The notes: a model not told the origin generated them from the sequence alone. A stretch of DNA of 64,000 nt from Vicinamibacteria bacterium (GCA_964291235.2 OZ219815.1:916645-980644), one strand, 5' to 3'. Positions 32,957-44,781 are shown, numbered from the stretch's first letter. A program made the numbers and translations.

Positions 32957-34503
32957 ATGAGCATTCGAGCAGACGAAATCGCCGCCCTGCTGCGGGAACA
33001 GATCGCCGGCCACGAAACCGGCGTCGATGTCGCGGAAGTTGGAACCGTCGTCTCGTCGGGGGACGGCATCGCCCGCGTGCACGGCCTCGAAGGAGTCATG
33101 TACGGGGAACTCGTGGAACTGCCCCACGATGTTTACGGACTGGCGCTGAACCTGGAAGAAACGTCCGTGGGGCTCGTGCTCTTCGGCGACGTCACTTCGA
33201 TCAAGGAGGGCGACACGGCCAAGCGGACCCGGCGGATCCTGCAGGTGCCGGTCGGCGAGGCGATGAAGGGCCGGGTGGTGGACGCCCTGGGCCGTCCACT
33301 CGATGGCAAGGGACCGATCGAGACCAGCGAGGCGGGCGCCGTGGAGCGAATCGCTCCCGGCATCGTGGCGAGGCAGCCGGTGAAAGAGCCGCTCCAGACC
33401 GGCGTCAAGGCGGTGGACGCCATGATCCCCATCGGCCGCGGCCAGCGCGAACTCATCATTGGGGACCGCCAGACCGGGAAGACGGCGATCGCGGTGGACG
33501 CGATCATCAACCAGCGGGACACGGGAGTCGTCTGCGTTTACGTCGCGGTCGGCCAGAAACTCTCGACCGTTGCGCAGGTCGTCCGCAACCTTGAAGACCA
33601 CGGAGCCCTGGACCACACGATCATCGTTTCCGCGTCGGCATCCGAGCCGGCGCCGCTGCAGTACCTCGCTCCCTACTCCGGATGCGCCATGGGTGAGTTC
33701 TTCATGGACAACGGCGGCCACGCCCTCTGCGTCTATGACGATCTCTCCAAGCACGCCGCTGCTTACCGGGAAATCTCGCTGCTTCTGCGGCGTCCTCCGG
33801 GCCGGGAGGCATACCCCGGCGACGTCTTCTATCTCCATTCGCGGCTGCTCGAACGCGCCGCCAAGCTCTCGGACAAACGCGGGGGCGGCTCGCTCACGGC
33901 ATTCCCCTTTATCGAGACGCAGGCCGGCGACCTCTCGGCTTACGTTCCGACGAACGTGATCTCGATCACCGATGGACAGATCTATCTGGAAGGCGATCTG
34001 TTCAACGCCGGAATTCGGCCAGCCATCAACGTCGGCAACTCGGTGAGCCGGGTGGGAGGTTCGGCGCAGATCCGGGCGATGCGCCAGGTCGCCGGAACCA
34101 TGCGGCTGCAGCTTGCCCAGTACCGGGAGATGGCCGCCTTCGCGCAGTTCGGATCGGATCTCGACAAGGCCACCCAGGCCCAGTTGGCCAAGGGAGAGCG
34201 CCTGACGGAAGTCCTCAAACAGGACCAATACGAGCCGCTGCCCGTCGAAAAGCAGGTGGCGATCATCTTTGCTGCCAACGAGGGCTTCCTGGACGATCTG
34301 GCCCCGGCCGACTGCGGGAGCTTCGAAAAGGGGCTGTACGGTTCCTCGAGAGCCGTCACCCGGACACGCTCGTCCGGGTTCGCGAAGAGCGAAAGCTGGA
34401 CGATTCGTTGACGGCCGCGCTCCGTGAGGCGATCGCCGAGTTCAAGCGCGATGCGTTCCGCGCAGACGCCGCCGTCGAGGCGGGAGAGCCGGTCCCCGCC
34501 TAG
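32957..34503 (+). CDS. atpA: F-type ATP synthase subunit alpha, with an apparent 1-nt deletion near 34340..34343
   Basis: [13 protein letters not shown] Walker A and overall AtpA sequence. After ...SFEKGLYG the listed frame turns nonsensical. The next frame reads [39 protein letters not shown]...PA*, a typical AtpA C-terminus, ending at the TAG at 34501..34503. Confidence 0.9.
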
Positions 34504-34524
34504 GGGCCGGGCCACGGGCCACCC

Positions 34525-36856
<2,332 letters not shown>

Positions 36857-36873
36857 CGGCAGGAGTTTTCCCG

Positions 36874-37299
36874 ATGAGCGACTCCTCCCAGCTTCGGCTC
36901 GAGGTCATCACCCCGGGCGGCGTGGTCTTTCGTGACGACGTGGACTATGTGGAGGCCCCGGCAATCTTCGGTTACATCGGGATCCTTCCCGGTCACGCCC
37001 CGCTGCTCTATCAGATACGAAGCGGCCGTCTCCAGTACCGACAGGGTGAAACGGACCATTTCCTGGCCGTGCACTGGGGGTTCCTCGAAGTGCTCGACGA
37101 CACCGTGACGGTGCTTGCGGAAACCGCGGAACGGCCGGAGGACATCGACCTCGCCCGCGCCGAGGGCGCGCTCGAACGGGCGCAGGCCCGGCTCAAGGAG
37201 TTTGGAGCCGCCTACGACGTCGAACAAGCGCAGCAGGCGGTGGCTCGCGCGGAGGCCCGTCTCCGGGCCGCGGAGGCAGAAGCCAGCTCACAGTCGTAG
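36874..37299 (+). CDS. atpC: F-type ATP synthase subunit epsilon
   Basis: 141 aa with a LRLEVITPGGVVF N-terminus, followed by a helical C-terminal hairpin. Confidence 0.9.
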   Translation: MSDSSQLRLEVITPGGVVFRDDVDYVEAPAIFGYIGILPGHAPLLYQIRSGRLQYRQGETDHFLAVHWGFLEVLDDTVTVLAETAERPEDIDLARAEGALERAQARLKEFGAAYDVEQAQQAVARAEARLRAAEAEASSQS

Positions 37300-37300
37300 A

Positions 37301-37828
37301 ATGGGCCGGATGCGCAACTGGGCTTTCGGCCGCCTGCCGGTCGTGTCCGCCGGACTCCTGGCCGGTTCGCTGCTTCCGGCCGCGCTCTGGGGTGGAGTCA
37401 CGGAGCGCCCGCGGTCCGGGGCCGCGCCGCCCAGCGTTGCTCGCGAGACGCCCGCCGGGACGGCCCCCGCGGCCGACCCGAAGCTCACCCTCCGAGCTCC
37501 CCGGCAGTTGTTCCTCCGTCCGCGGATGCCCGGAGAATCGCGGCGGCCGGCGCTCGACGTCCGGATCACCGCCCGTATCGAGGATCTGGACACCGCCGAG
37601 AATCTGGAGGACTACTACTGTCTGGAAGAAGTCTGGGACTGGGACGACGACACGGAATCGGTGTATGAACCCGATTGCGATCCCTATGAGGAAGGCTCGG
37701 AGGTCGAGACCTACTTCTTCGGCAGCCACCGCTTCTCGTTGCCCGGCACCTATCGCGTCTGGTTGCGGCTCCAGCGGAGCGGAGAGACGGTCATCGCGGG
37801 CAACGTCACCGTCCGGATCCGCAATTAG
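37301..37828 (+). CDS. Hypothetical secreted protein (Cys- and Asp/Glu-rich core, beta-rich C-terminus)
   Basis: The ATG at 37301 lies 2 nt after the atpC stop, in frame with track ORF 37115..37828. Signal-like FGRLPVVSAGLLAGSLLPAALWG, then EDYYCLEEVWDWDDDTESVYEPDCDPYEEG and GTYRVWLRLQRSGETVIAGNVTVRI. No family recognised. Confidence 0.5.
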   Translation: MGRMRNWAFGRLPVVSAGLLAGSLLPAALWGGVTERPRSGAAPPSVARETPAGTAPAADPKLTLRAPRQLFLRPRMPGESRRPALDVRITARIEDLDTAENLEDYYCLEEVWDWDDDTESVYEPDCDPYEEGSEVETYFFGSHRFSLPGTYRVWLRLQRSGETVIAGNVTVRIRN

Positions 37829-37833
37829 CGACC

Positions 37834-37918
37834 CGTGGGGAAAGCGCCCCGCACCGTTGCCGGGCGGAGTCATGCGACCGGGTCCTGGCTTTTACGCGTG
37901 CGGGGCGCTTTCCCCACG
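37834..37918. repeat. Long perfect inverted repeat (21-bp stem, 43-nt loop) starting 6 nt after a stop codon; first module of composite repeat copy C1
   Basis: CGTGGGGAAAGCGCCCCGCAC (37834..37854) pairs with GTGCGGGGCGCTTTCCCCACG (37898..37918). The same architecture, with a different stem sequence, occurs at 62412..62499. Confidence 0.7.
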
Positions 37919-37960
37919 GGATGATGACGCCCACCCCTCCGCGCTGGGCGCCATCGGTTT

Positions 37961-38520
37961 TTGTGGGGAGGGGAAACCCCTCCCCACGCCCCTCCCCCGC
38001 GGCGCGTTGCGCCGCGAACGGACGCTGGTACGTTCGCCAACAGCCCGCCCGGCATTCCGCCAGTCCCAAAGGAATGTCAGTAAGAAACTCGTCGAAGCAG
38101 CGCCCCGCGCGGTCTCCGGGGAGAGGTGCGACGATCACCCTCGTTTCTTGTGGGGAGGGGAAACCCCTCCCCACGCCCCTCCCCCGCGGCGCGTTGCGCC
38201 GCGAATGGGCACCGGTACGTTCGTCAACAGTCCGCCCGGCATTCCACCGGTCCTAAGGAATGTCAGTAGGAAACCCGTCGAAGCAGCGCCCCGCGCTGTC
38301 TCCGGGGAGAGGTGCGACGATCACCCTCGTTTCTTGTGGGGAGGGGAAACCTCTCCCCACGCCCCTCCCCCGCGGCGCGTTGCGCCGCGAATGGGCACCG
38401 GTACGTTCGTCAACAGTCCGCCCGGCATTCCGCGAGTCCCAAAGGAATGTCAGTAGGAAACCCGTCGAAGCAGCGCCCCGCGCTGTCTCCGGGGAGAGGT
38501 GCGACGATCACCCTCGTTTT
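37961..38520. repeat. Tandem direct repeat, 3 units of 186-187 bp, plus a diverged fourth unit at 38574..38706
   Basis: Units start with TTGTGGGGAGGGGAAAC at 37961, 38148 and 38334. Each contains the hairpin GTGGGGAGGGG-AAA-CCCCTCCCCAC, a second CCCCTCCCCC tract, the hairpin CGCGGCGC-GTT-GCGCCGCG, and ends with an RBS-like AAAGGAATG. Units 2 and 3 differ at only a handful of positions. The fourth, diverged unit ends in AAAGGAGCATCGGTATG, the start of CDS 38707. Confidence 0.85.
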
Positions 38521-38706
38521 CTCCATTCACGGGGCGCTTTTGCCAAGGGGTGCTAACACCTTGCATCGCGATCGGCGCCATCGTTTCTCTGGGAGGGGAG
38601 ACCCCTTCCCGCGCCCCTCGCTCGCGGCGAGTTGCGCCGCGAGCAGACGGTGGTACGGTCCGCAACAGTTCGCCCAACATTCCGCCCAACCCAAAGGAGC
38701 ATCGGT

Positions 38707-39165
38707 ATGAAAACACTTGTGACCTCAATCGTCGTGCTCGGTGTGGTGATGGCGCCCCTCCACGTCCACGCCGCATCTTGGGTGGTGGCGCCCACCATCC
38801 TGGAGGCGGCCGAAGTCGCGGCGGCCAGCGGTGCCTATCGCGCCCAGAACACGGCCGACATCACCACCGGTCAGATCCGCGAGGGCGACAAGAAGCGGAG
38901 CGCCATCGCATTCGCCCTGAGTGGCTTGCTCGCTTTCACCGGCGCAGCACTCTGGCGCAACTTGACTTGCCGGGGAGAAGGTGACGCACGGCACCTCGGC
39001 GAAGGACTCAAGACTCAGGTCGAATGCTACGACGCTGACGGTCAGCGATTGGGATGGGACACCCCCACAAAAGGCCTCTTTGGGGCCGGCGTCGCGCTCG
39101 AACTCGTCTCGCTGGGCTATCTCATCGCCCACATGCGGTCGGACGGCACATCGGACGATCAATAG
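38707..39165 (+). CDS. Small exported/membrane protein of unknown function, paralogue 1
   Basis: The ATG at 38707 is preceded by AAGGAG. Signal peptide MKTLVTSIVVLGVVMAPLHVHAAS, then ILEAAEVAAASGAYRAQNT...DKKRSAIAFALSGLLAFTGAALW, a Cys-containing loop, and GAGVALELVSLGYLIAH. Clearly homologous to 39419..39874. Confidence 0.6.
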   Translation: MKTLVTSIVVLGVVMAPLHVHAASWVVAPTILEAAEVAAASGAYRAQNTADITTGQIREGDKKRSAIAFALSGLLAFTGAALWRNLTCRGEGDARHLGEGLKTQVECYDADGQRLGWDTPTKGLFGAGVALELVSLGYLIAHMRSDGTSDDQ

Positions 39166-39168
39166 CAG

Positions 39169-39359
39169 GCCTAACAGCCTGTGGCAAAACCCCCGCGGCG
39201 TTTGAGCGGCGATGCATCCCGTCTGAACCGCGCCTCTACGAGGCGCTCTGCGTTGCGTTTCGGTCGAAATACACCCGGTATTCCTCCCTCACGCGCCTTG
39301 TCACACGGGCGCCTCGCCACTCTCGGCGCTCACGGGGGTTTCACCACAGGCTGTTAAGT
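39169..39359. repeat. Inverted-repeat-bounded 191-bp intergenic element between the two paralogues (attC-like core sequences; unclassified)
   Basis: Arms TAACAGCCTGTGG-CAAAACCCCCG (39172..39195) and CGGGGGTTTCACCACAGGCTGTTA (39333..39356). The outer ends read GCCTAAC (39169..39175, fits RYYYAAC) and GTTAAGT (39353..39359, fits GTTRRRY). Confidence 0.45.
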
Positions 39360-39418
39360 TTCCGCGGACCAGCGGGCCGGTGCCCTCGGTTCTGCCCGCT
39401 GGAGGCATACTCCCCGCG

Positions 39419-39874
39419 ATGAAAAAATCTGTCGCGTCCGTCCTGGTGTTCAGCGTCCTGGTGGCGCCCCTCTACGCGGCCCCACCGGCGGGCGCCACGG
39501 CGCGGTCCATTCTGGAGACTGCCGAGGTCGCCGCGGCCAGTGGGGCCTATCGGGCCCAGAACACCACCACCATCACCACCGGCCGAATTCGGAACGACGA
39601 CAAGAAGCGGAGCGCCATCGCCTACGGCCTGAGCGGCCTCATGGCGTTCACCGGCGCTGCGCTGTGGCGGTGGTTGCCGTGCCGAAACATCCCTGACGCG
39701 CCAACCAATAACGCCACGGAGAACACCAAGTACGTGAAGTGCTACAACGAGGACGGCCAGCGGAAGGGACTCGAGACCCCTACCAAGGCCTTGCTGGGGG
39801 CCGGGTTCGCGCTCGAACTCGTCTCCCTGGGGTACCTCATCGCCCACCTGACCTCGGACCGGGACGACCAGTAG
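39419..39874 (+). CDS. Small exported/membrane protein of unknown function, paralogue 2
   Basis: MKKSVASVLVFSVLVAPLYAAPP signal. The same conserved blocks as paralogue 1: ILETAEVAAASGAYRAQNT, DKKRSAIAYGLSGLMAFTGAALW and GAGFALELVSLGYLIAH. Confidence 0.6.
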   Translation: MKKSVASVLVFSVLVAPLYAAPPAGATARSILETAEVAAASGAYRAQNTTTITTGRIRNDDKKRSAIAYGLSGLMAFTGAALWRWLPCRNIPDAPTNNATENTKYVKCYNEDGQRKGLETPTKALLGAGFALELVSLGYLIAHLTSDRDDQ

Positions 39875-39916
39875 CGCCTCGCGCGGAACCCCCGGACGGT
39901 CTCGGCGCTCCGCCTC

Positions 39917-41467
39917 CTACCGCCGCGCGCCGGCCGCCTTGCGCTCCAGGTAGTCGTCGAGCCCCCGAAGCGGCGGGATGTGGTGGGGCATCAGCGGGTA
40001 GTCGGTGTCCACGAAGGGGGCCGGGTCGGTAGGAAGAAGCCCGCTTAGCCGGGCCTTGTCGGCCGCGTAGCGGGGATCGGCGGCGATGTTGTTCCACTCC
40101 TCCGGGTCGGTTTCGGTGTCGTAGAACTCTTCGCTGCCGTCGATGTAACGGATGTAGTGGAACCGCTCGTCCCGGATCGAGTACTCGGAGAACTGGTAGG
40201 TGGTGATGACGGGTCGATTCCAGACCGCCTCCGGATCTTCGAGGAGTGGCGTCAGACTCCTGCCGTCGAGGCCGGCCTTTTCGGGGAGACCGGCGAGTTC
40301 CACCAGCGTGGGATAGAGATCGAGCAGGGACACCGTCCTCCCGGAACGGGTTCCCGCCGGGGTTCCTCCCGGGAGGCCGGCGGCTCCCTCGGGTACGCGC
40401 AGCATCAGGACGACGCGCGTGAGGTTTTCCCAGAGCGCGAATTTCCTCCAGTGTTCCTTCTCTCCAAGCTGCCACCCGTGGTCTGACCAGAGGACAACGA
40501 TGGTGTTTTCGGCGTGCGGGCTGGCGTCGAGCGCATCGAGGAGGCGGCCGACCATCGCGTCGGCGAAGGCGATGGAAGCCAGGTAGCCCTGCACGCCCTG
40601 GCGCCACTGCTCCGCGTCCCGGACGTGCTCGTGGTAGTTCCCGCCCCGGAGAGCGATCTCGACCCCTCGCTCGGGAACGTCCTCGAGGTCGCCCTCCAGG
40701 AGTGCGGGAAGCTGAATCCCGTCGAGCGGGAACATCTCGAAGTACTCCCGGGGGACGTACCAGGGAAGGTGGGGCCGGTAGATGCCGACCGCGAGAAAGA
40801 ACGGCTGCTCGTGCTGCCGCCGCAGGTGCTCGATGGCCCAGGCGACCGATTGGTAGTCGCCCATTTCCTCATCGGGAACGTCAAGCGGCGCCCAGTCGAA
40901 AGCGGTGTACATGTCCGGAAAAACCGGCATGTTCACCGCCCCTTGGCCCTCGGGGCGCGGGGACGGCGGCATGTGCTCCTCCTGCGACGGGAAATAGTCG
41001 TCCCACGACTGGGGATCGGGCTGGTTGTTGTGGAAGATCTTGCCGGCGCCGCCCACCCAGTACCCGTGGTTCCCGAAGTAGCGCGGGAGGGTCACCGCTT
41101 CGGGGAGGACGTCGCGCCACCACTGGTAATTCGAGTACATGCCCGAGGTATAGGTGTGCTTCCCGGTGAGGAGCGCAGTGCGCGCCGGGTTACAGGAGGG
41201 AGAGGGCGTGAAGGCGCGGGTGAAGAGCATGCCTTCTTCGGCCAAGCGGGAGAGGCGCGGGGTCCGCGCCTGGGGATGCCCGCCGAGAGGCTCGATCCAG
41301 TCGTTCAGATCATCCACCGCGATGAACAGGACGTTCGGCCGAGGGGCAGGGGCGTCGTCCCCGGGCTCATCGACGGTGCACCCGGTGAGGAGAGGAAGCA
41401 GGATGACCGCAGCAAGGAAGGATGGCCGCCGGATCGCGGCCGGGGCGCGTCGCCGCGGGAGCTTCAC
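39917..41467 (-). CDS. Sulfatase family lipoprotein (Cys-type formylglycine motif)
   Basis: [10 protein letters not shown], the [16 protein letters not shown] (C-x-P-x-R) motif, and WSDHGW. Lipobox LLPLLTGC. The start is set at the GTG at 41467, overlapping the upstream TGA (GTGA). The longer track ORF extension is Arg-rich and implausible. Confidence 0.85.
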   Translation of the reverse strand: MKLPRRRAPAAIRRPSFLAAVILLPLLTGCTVDEPGDDAPAPRPNVLFIAVDDLNDWIEPLGGHPQARTPRLSRLAEEGMLFTRAFTPSPSCNPARTALLTGKHTYTSGMYSNYQWWRDVLPEAVTLPRYFGNHGYWVGGAGKIFHNNQPDPQSWDDYFPSQEEHMPPSPRPEGQGAVNMPVFPDMYTAFDWAPLDVPDEEMGDYQSVAWAIEHLRRQHEQPFFLAVGIYRPHLPWYVPREYFEMFPLDGIQLPALLEGDLEDVPERGVEIALRGGNYHEHVRDAEQWRQGVQGYLASIAFADAMVGRLLDALDASPHAENTIVVLWSDHGWQLGEKEHWRKFALWENLTRVVLMLRVPEGAAGLPGGTPAGTRSGRTVSLLDLYPTLVELAGLPEKAGLDGRSLTPLLEDPEAVWNRPVITTYQFSEYSIRDERFHYIRYIDGSEEFYDTETDPEEWNNIAADPRYAADKARLSGLLPTDPAPFVDTDYPLMPHHIPPLRGLDDYLERKAAGARR

Positions 41468-43584
41468 GACCGCAGATAGTCGCAGGCGGCCTCGACGCTT
41501 GCCAACGGCAGCGAACAGACGCCTCCGCGGCACGGCAGGAAGGAGAGCTCCCCGTCGCCCCTGGATGCGGCTTCCTGGGCGGCGCGCACCGCGGGAAGGG
41601 CGCTCGGGCTCTCCTGCCGGGAATCCGCGAGGAGCACGACGGCTTCTTCCGAAGGCACGCGCCACAGCCGACGGAGGGCCGCCCGGGTGTCTCGCGCGTC
41701 ACCGCCTCCGACGACCACGATTTGCCGCGGCTCCGCCAGGAAGCGCGTCACGGCCGCGAGCATCGTGGGGAAGCCGACCGGGCTCTCGGCAGCCTGCGCA
41801 AAAAAAGCCGAAATGATGCCGCGCGCCGCTTCGCGCCGCCGCGCCTCGCCGGTAAGGGTCGCGAGGCGCAGCAGGGCGTCGGCCGCCGCCGCGTTGCCCG
41901 AGGGAAGGGCGCCGTCGTAACCGGAGCGCGTGCGAACCGGTAGCGGTTCGTGATCGTCCGCCGTCGTGTAAAAGCCGCCGCCCGGCGCTGCGAAGTGTTC
42001 ATCCAGCAGGTCGGCCGTTTCTTCGGCGGCGCGGAGCCAGGTCTCGTCGCCGTCACTCTCGAACAGGTCGAGAAGCGCCTGCAGCCAGAACGCATGGTCG
42101 TCAAGCATCGCGGGAACCTTCGCCTGTCCCCGATTCCAGACGGCGCGGTACCGTCCTCCGATCCGCAGGTGTTCGAGCAGGAAACGGCCGGCTCCTTGCG
42201 CTACGGAGAGAGCCTCGTCATCGCCGAGGGTGCGATGGGCGCGCGCGAATGCGGTGACGGCGAGGGCGTTCCACGAGAGGAGCACCTTGTCATCGAGCCC
42301 CGGTCGCACCCGCTCGGCCCGGGCGGCGAGCAGCCGCGCTCTGGCCATCGCCAGCGCCGGGCCGATTTCAGAAAGCGGGGCGCCGAACTCCTGCGCCAGG
42401 GCGGCGTCGGCCGCTTTCCGGCGCAGGATGGTCCGGCCTTCCCAGTTCCCCTCGTAACGAACGTCGTAGGCCGCCCGGAAGAGGGGCGCGTCCGATCCGA
42501 GCAGCGCGTCCACCTCCGTGGAGGTCCAGGTGTAGTAGCGCCCCTCCTCCCCCTCGGAATCGGCGTCGAGGGCCGAATAGAACGCTCCATCCGGGCTCAA
42601 CATTTCGCCGCGCATCCACTCGAGGGTCCCTCGGGCGTCGTCCGCCAGGCGCGCGTCTCCCGTGATCCGGTGCGCCAGGAGGTACACCGGCACGAGCAGC
42701 GCGTTGTCGTACAGCATCTTCTCGAAATGGGGCGCCAGCCATTCCGCGTCGGTGGAATAGCGGTGGAACCCTCCACCGAGCTGGTCGAAGAGCCCGCCGT
42801 CAGCCATCCTCCGCAGCGTGAACACCGACGCATCCAGTGCCTCCGAGCCCCCGTTCTCCAAGTGGTGGCGGAGCAACAGCGTCAGTTGACGGCTCGGCGG
42901 GAATTTGGGCGCCTGCCCGAATCCCCCGTGCACGCGGTCGTAAGAGTCGAGGAACTGCCTTACGGCGCGGCTGCCCAGCTCCGAGGTGATGAGCGTGCCC
43001 CGCGCCCCGAGGCGGCTGGGAAGCTCGGCCGCCTGGCGCAGGCGGTCGAGAAGGCGCGTTCCGCCCTGTAGGAGCTCCTTCCGCCGGGAGCGGTCCTGCC
43101 AGACGCCGGCAATGGCGGCGAGTAGGCGTGGGAAGCCGGGGCGTCCCCAGCGATCCTCCGGCGGGAAATACGTCCCGCCAAAGAAGGGCGTGTGGTCGGG
43201 CGCTACGAAGACCGTGAGCGGCCAGCCGCCGGCGCCGGTGGTTGCCTGGACGAAGGCCATGTAGATCTCGTCCACATCGGGTCGCTCTTCCCGGTCCACT
43301 TTCACCGGCACGAACGATTCGTTCATCACCCGGGCGATGCCGGCGTCCTCGAAGGATTCGTGCGCCATCACGTGGCACCAGTGGCAACTCGAGTATCCGA
43401 CGGACAGCAACACGGGGCAGTCGCGCCGGGCCGCCTCTTCGAAAGCGGCCGCACCCCACGGCTGCCAGTGGACGGGGTTGTCCCGGTGCTGCAGGAGGTA
43501 GGGACTCGTCTCCCGGGCGAGCTGATTCGCCGCCCCGGCCGCGGCTTCCGGCGCCGGCCGGTCGGGAGCGCGGTTGGAGGTCAG
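41464..43584 (-). CDS. Thioredoxin-domain protein of the DUF255/YyaL family (thioredoxin fold plus six-hairpin glycosidase-like domain)
   Basis: [59 protein letters not shown] is the family N-terminus. The upstream part of track ORF 41464..44151 overlaps fabH and is Arg-rich nonsense. The only start candidate after the fabH stop is the CTG at 43584 (CTGA overlap). Confidence 0.8.
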   Translation of the reverse strand: MTSNRAPDRPAPEAAAGAANQLARETSPYLLQHRDNPVHWQPWGAAAFEEAARRDCPVLLSVGYSSCHWCHVMAHESFEDAGIARVMNESFVPVKVDREERPDVDEIYMAFVQATTGAGGWPLTVFVAPDHTPFFGGTYFPPEDRWGRPGFPRLLAAIAGVWQDRSRRKELLQGGTRLLDRLRQAAELPSRLGARGTLITSELGSRAVRQFLDSYDRVHGGFGQAPKFPPSRQLTLLLRHHLENGGSEALDASVFTLRRMADGGLFDQLGGGFHRYSTDAEWLAPHFEKMLYDNALLVPVYLLAHRITGDARLADDARGTLEWMRGEMLSPDGAFYSALDADSEGEEGRYYTWTSTEVDALLGSDAPLFRAAYDVRYEGNWEGRTILRRKAADAALAQEFGAPLSEIGPALAMARARLLAARAERVRPGLDDKVLLSWNALAVTAFARAHRTLGDDEALSVAQGAGRFLLEHLRIGGRYRAVWNRGQAKVPAMLDDHAFWLQALLDLFESDGDETWLRAAEETADLLDEHFAAPGGGFYTTADDHEPLPVRTRSGYDGALPSGNAAAADALLRLATLTGEARRREAARGIISAFFAQAAESPVGFPTMLAAVTRFLAEPRQIVVVGGGDARDTRAALRRLWRVPSEEAVVLLADSRQESPSALPAVRAAQEAASRGDGELSFLPCRGGVCSLPLASVEAACDYLRS

Positions 43585-44651
43585 AGGCCGGCGGAATCCG
43601 TCTCCGCCGCGTTGCCGCCGAGTCGTTCCCCACCCCAGCGGATCGCGGCGGTACCGATGGTGAGCCCGGCGCCGACCGAACTGAACAGGATCAGGTCTCC
43701 CGGGGACAACAGGGACCGATCGAGCGCGTCGCGAAGCGCGGTGGGAATCGAAGCCGCCGTGGTGTTGCCGTACTTGTGGATGGTCTTGACCACCCGTTCC
43801 GGTGGGAGCTGGAGCCGCCGCGCGACGGCGTCGATGATCCGGGCGTTCGCCTGGTGGCACACCAGGAAGGAAACCTCCTCGCGGGAGATCCCCAGTTCCG
43901 TCAACAGCTGGTCGGCGGCATCGGCGGAGTTCCGCACGGCGAAGCGGAAGACCGCCTTTCCCTGTTGCTGCAGGAAGTGCTCCTTGCGATCCACGGTTTC
44001 GTGGGTGGGCGGGCGAGCACTGCCGCCCGCCGGCATCTTGAGGAGGTCGCACCCGGAGCCGTCCACCTGGTTGTTGAACCCGAGGATGCCCTCGCCGTCC
44101 TCGGCGGCTTCGAGCAGCACCGCCCCGCCGGCGTCCCCGAACAGGATGCACGTCGCGCGGTCCTCGTAGTTGGTGATCGAGCTCATGACGTCGGCTCCGA
44201 TCACCAGCGCCCGCTCCACGGCCCCGCTGGCGACGAACTGGGTTCCCGCGGCGAGGGCGAAGTTGAAGCCGCTGCAGGCCGCTGACAGATCGAATCCCCA
44301 GGCGCGCCGGGCGCCGATGCGGTCCTGGACCAGGCAGGCGGTGGATGGAAAACTCATGTCCGGCGTCACGGTTGCCACCACGATCAGGTCAATGTCCTCC
44401 GCGGTGATTCCCCGCCGGCGCAGTGCGTCCTGAGCGGCGCGCGAGGCGAGGTGGGAGCAGCCGGTGCCCTTCTCCACAATGCGGCGCTCCCGGATACCGG
44501 TGCGCTCCTGGATCCACTGGTCGGAAGTGTCCACCATCTTCTCGAGGTCGTCGTTCGACAGCACCCGGTCCGGCAGATAGGCCCCGACCGAGGTAATTGC
44601 CACCCGGCGGATGGCCCGGGAGCGTTCTTTGGAGTCGGGGAGTTGGATCAA
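43581..44651 (-). CDS. fabH: Beta-ketoacyl-ACP synthase III
   Basis: [39 protein letters not shown], the active-site context [12 protein letters not shown], and HQANARII...GNTTAASIP. Confidence 0.9.
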   Translation of the reverse strand: MIQLPDSKERSRAIRRVAITSVGAYLPDRVLSNDDLEKMVDTSDQWIQERTGIRERRIVEKGTGCSHLASRAAQDALRRRGITAEDIDLIVVATVTPDMSFPSTACLVQDRIGARRAWGFDLSAACSGFNFALAAGTQFVASGAVERALVIGADVMSSITNYEDRATCILFGDAGGAVLLEAAEDGEGILGFNNQVDGSGCDLLKMPAGGSARPPTHETVDRKEHFLQQQGKAVFRFAVRNSADAADQLLTELGISREEVSFLVCHQANARIIDAVARRLQLPPERVVKTIHKYGNTTAASIPTALRDALDRSLLSPGDLILFSSVGAGLTIGTAAIRWGGERLGGNAAETDSAGL

Positions 44652-44781
44652 GAAATTCTCGCCCCCTTGGGCGAAACGGGCGTCCAGGGTCGGTGAAGGA
44701 CCGTGGATGGTACGTCAGAACGCACCGCGCCGGCGGCCGGGACGACGGCCGCCGCGGGCGCGCGGCGATAATGTGAGCGCC

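Noticed and set aside
37919-37935. TGATGA box (C-box-like) in both composite repeats, suggesting a box C/D-like k-turn RNA
   Set aside because: Box C/D RNAs are archaeal/eukaryotic. I found no matching D box at the appropriate distance, and a 6-nt match is easily coincidental.
37961-38520. Possible CRISPR array
   Set aside because: The units are ~186 bp and directly abutting, with no unique spacers, and there are no cas genes in the window.
37392-38556. ORFs 37392..38456 and 38260..38556 reading through the tandem repeats (peptide GEGKPLPTPLPRGALRRE repeated)
   Set aside because: Their periodicity simply mirrors the 186-bp DNA repeat. The sequence is dominated by hairpins, and the composition is Pro/Arg-rich. 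The repeat aligns with the non-coding leader of CDS 38707 and carries AGG where that leader has the ATG of CDS 38707. I treat it as non-coding.
37834-39874. Diversity-generating retroelement or retron, suggested by the repeats next to small variable proteins
   Set aside because: There is no reverse transcriptase gene anywhere in the window. The repeats align with the upstream leader, not with the coding variable region.
41464-44151. 895-aa version of the thioredoxin-domain ORF; similarly the 883-aa gyrB, 131-aa PspC, 672-aa secreted-protein and 310-aa rhomboid extensions
   Set aside because: The N-terminal extensions overlap upstream genes or are Arg/Trp-rich and unlike the rest of the protein. 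Conserved family N-termini and RBS or overlap signals support the shorter models.
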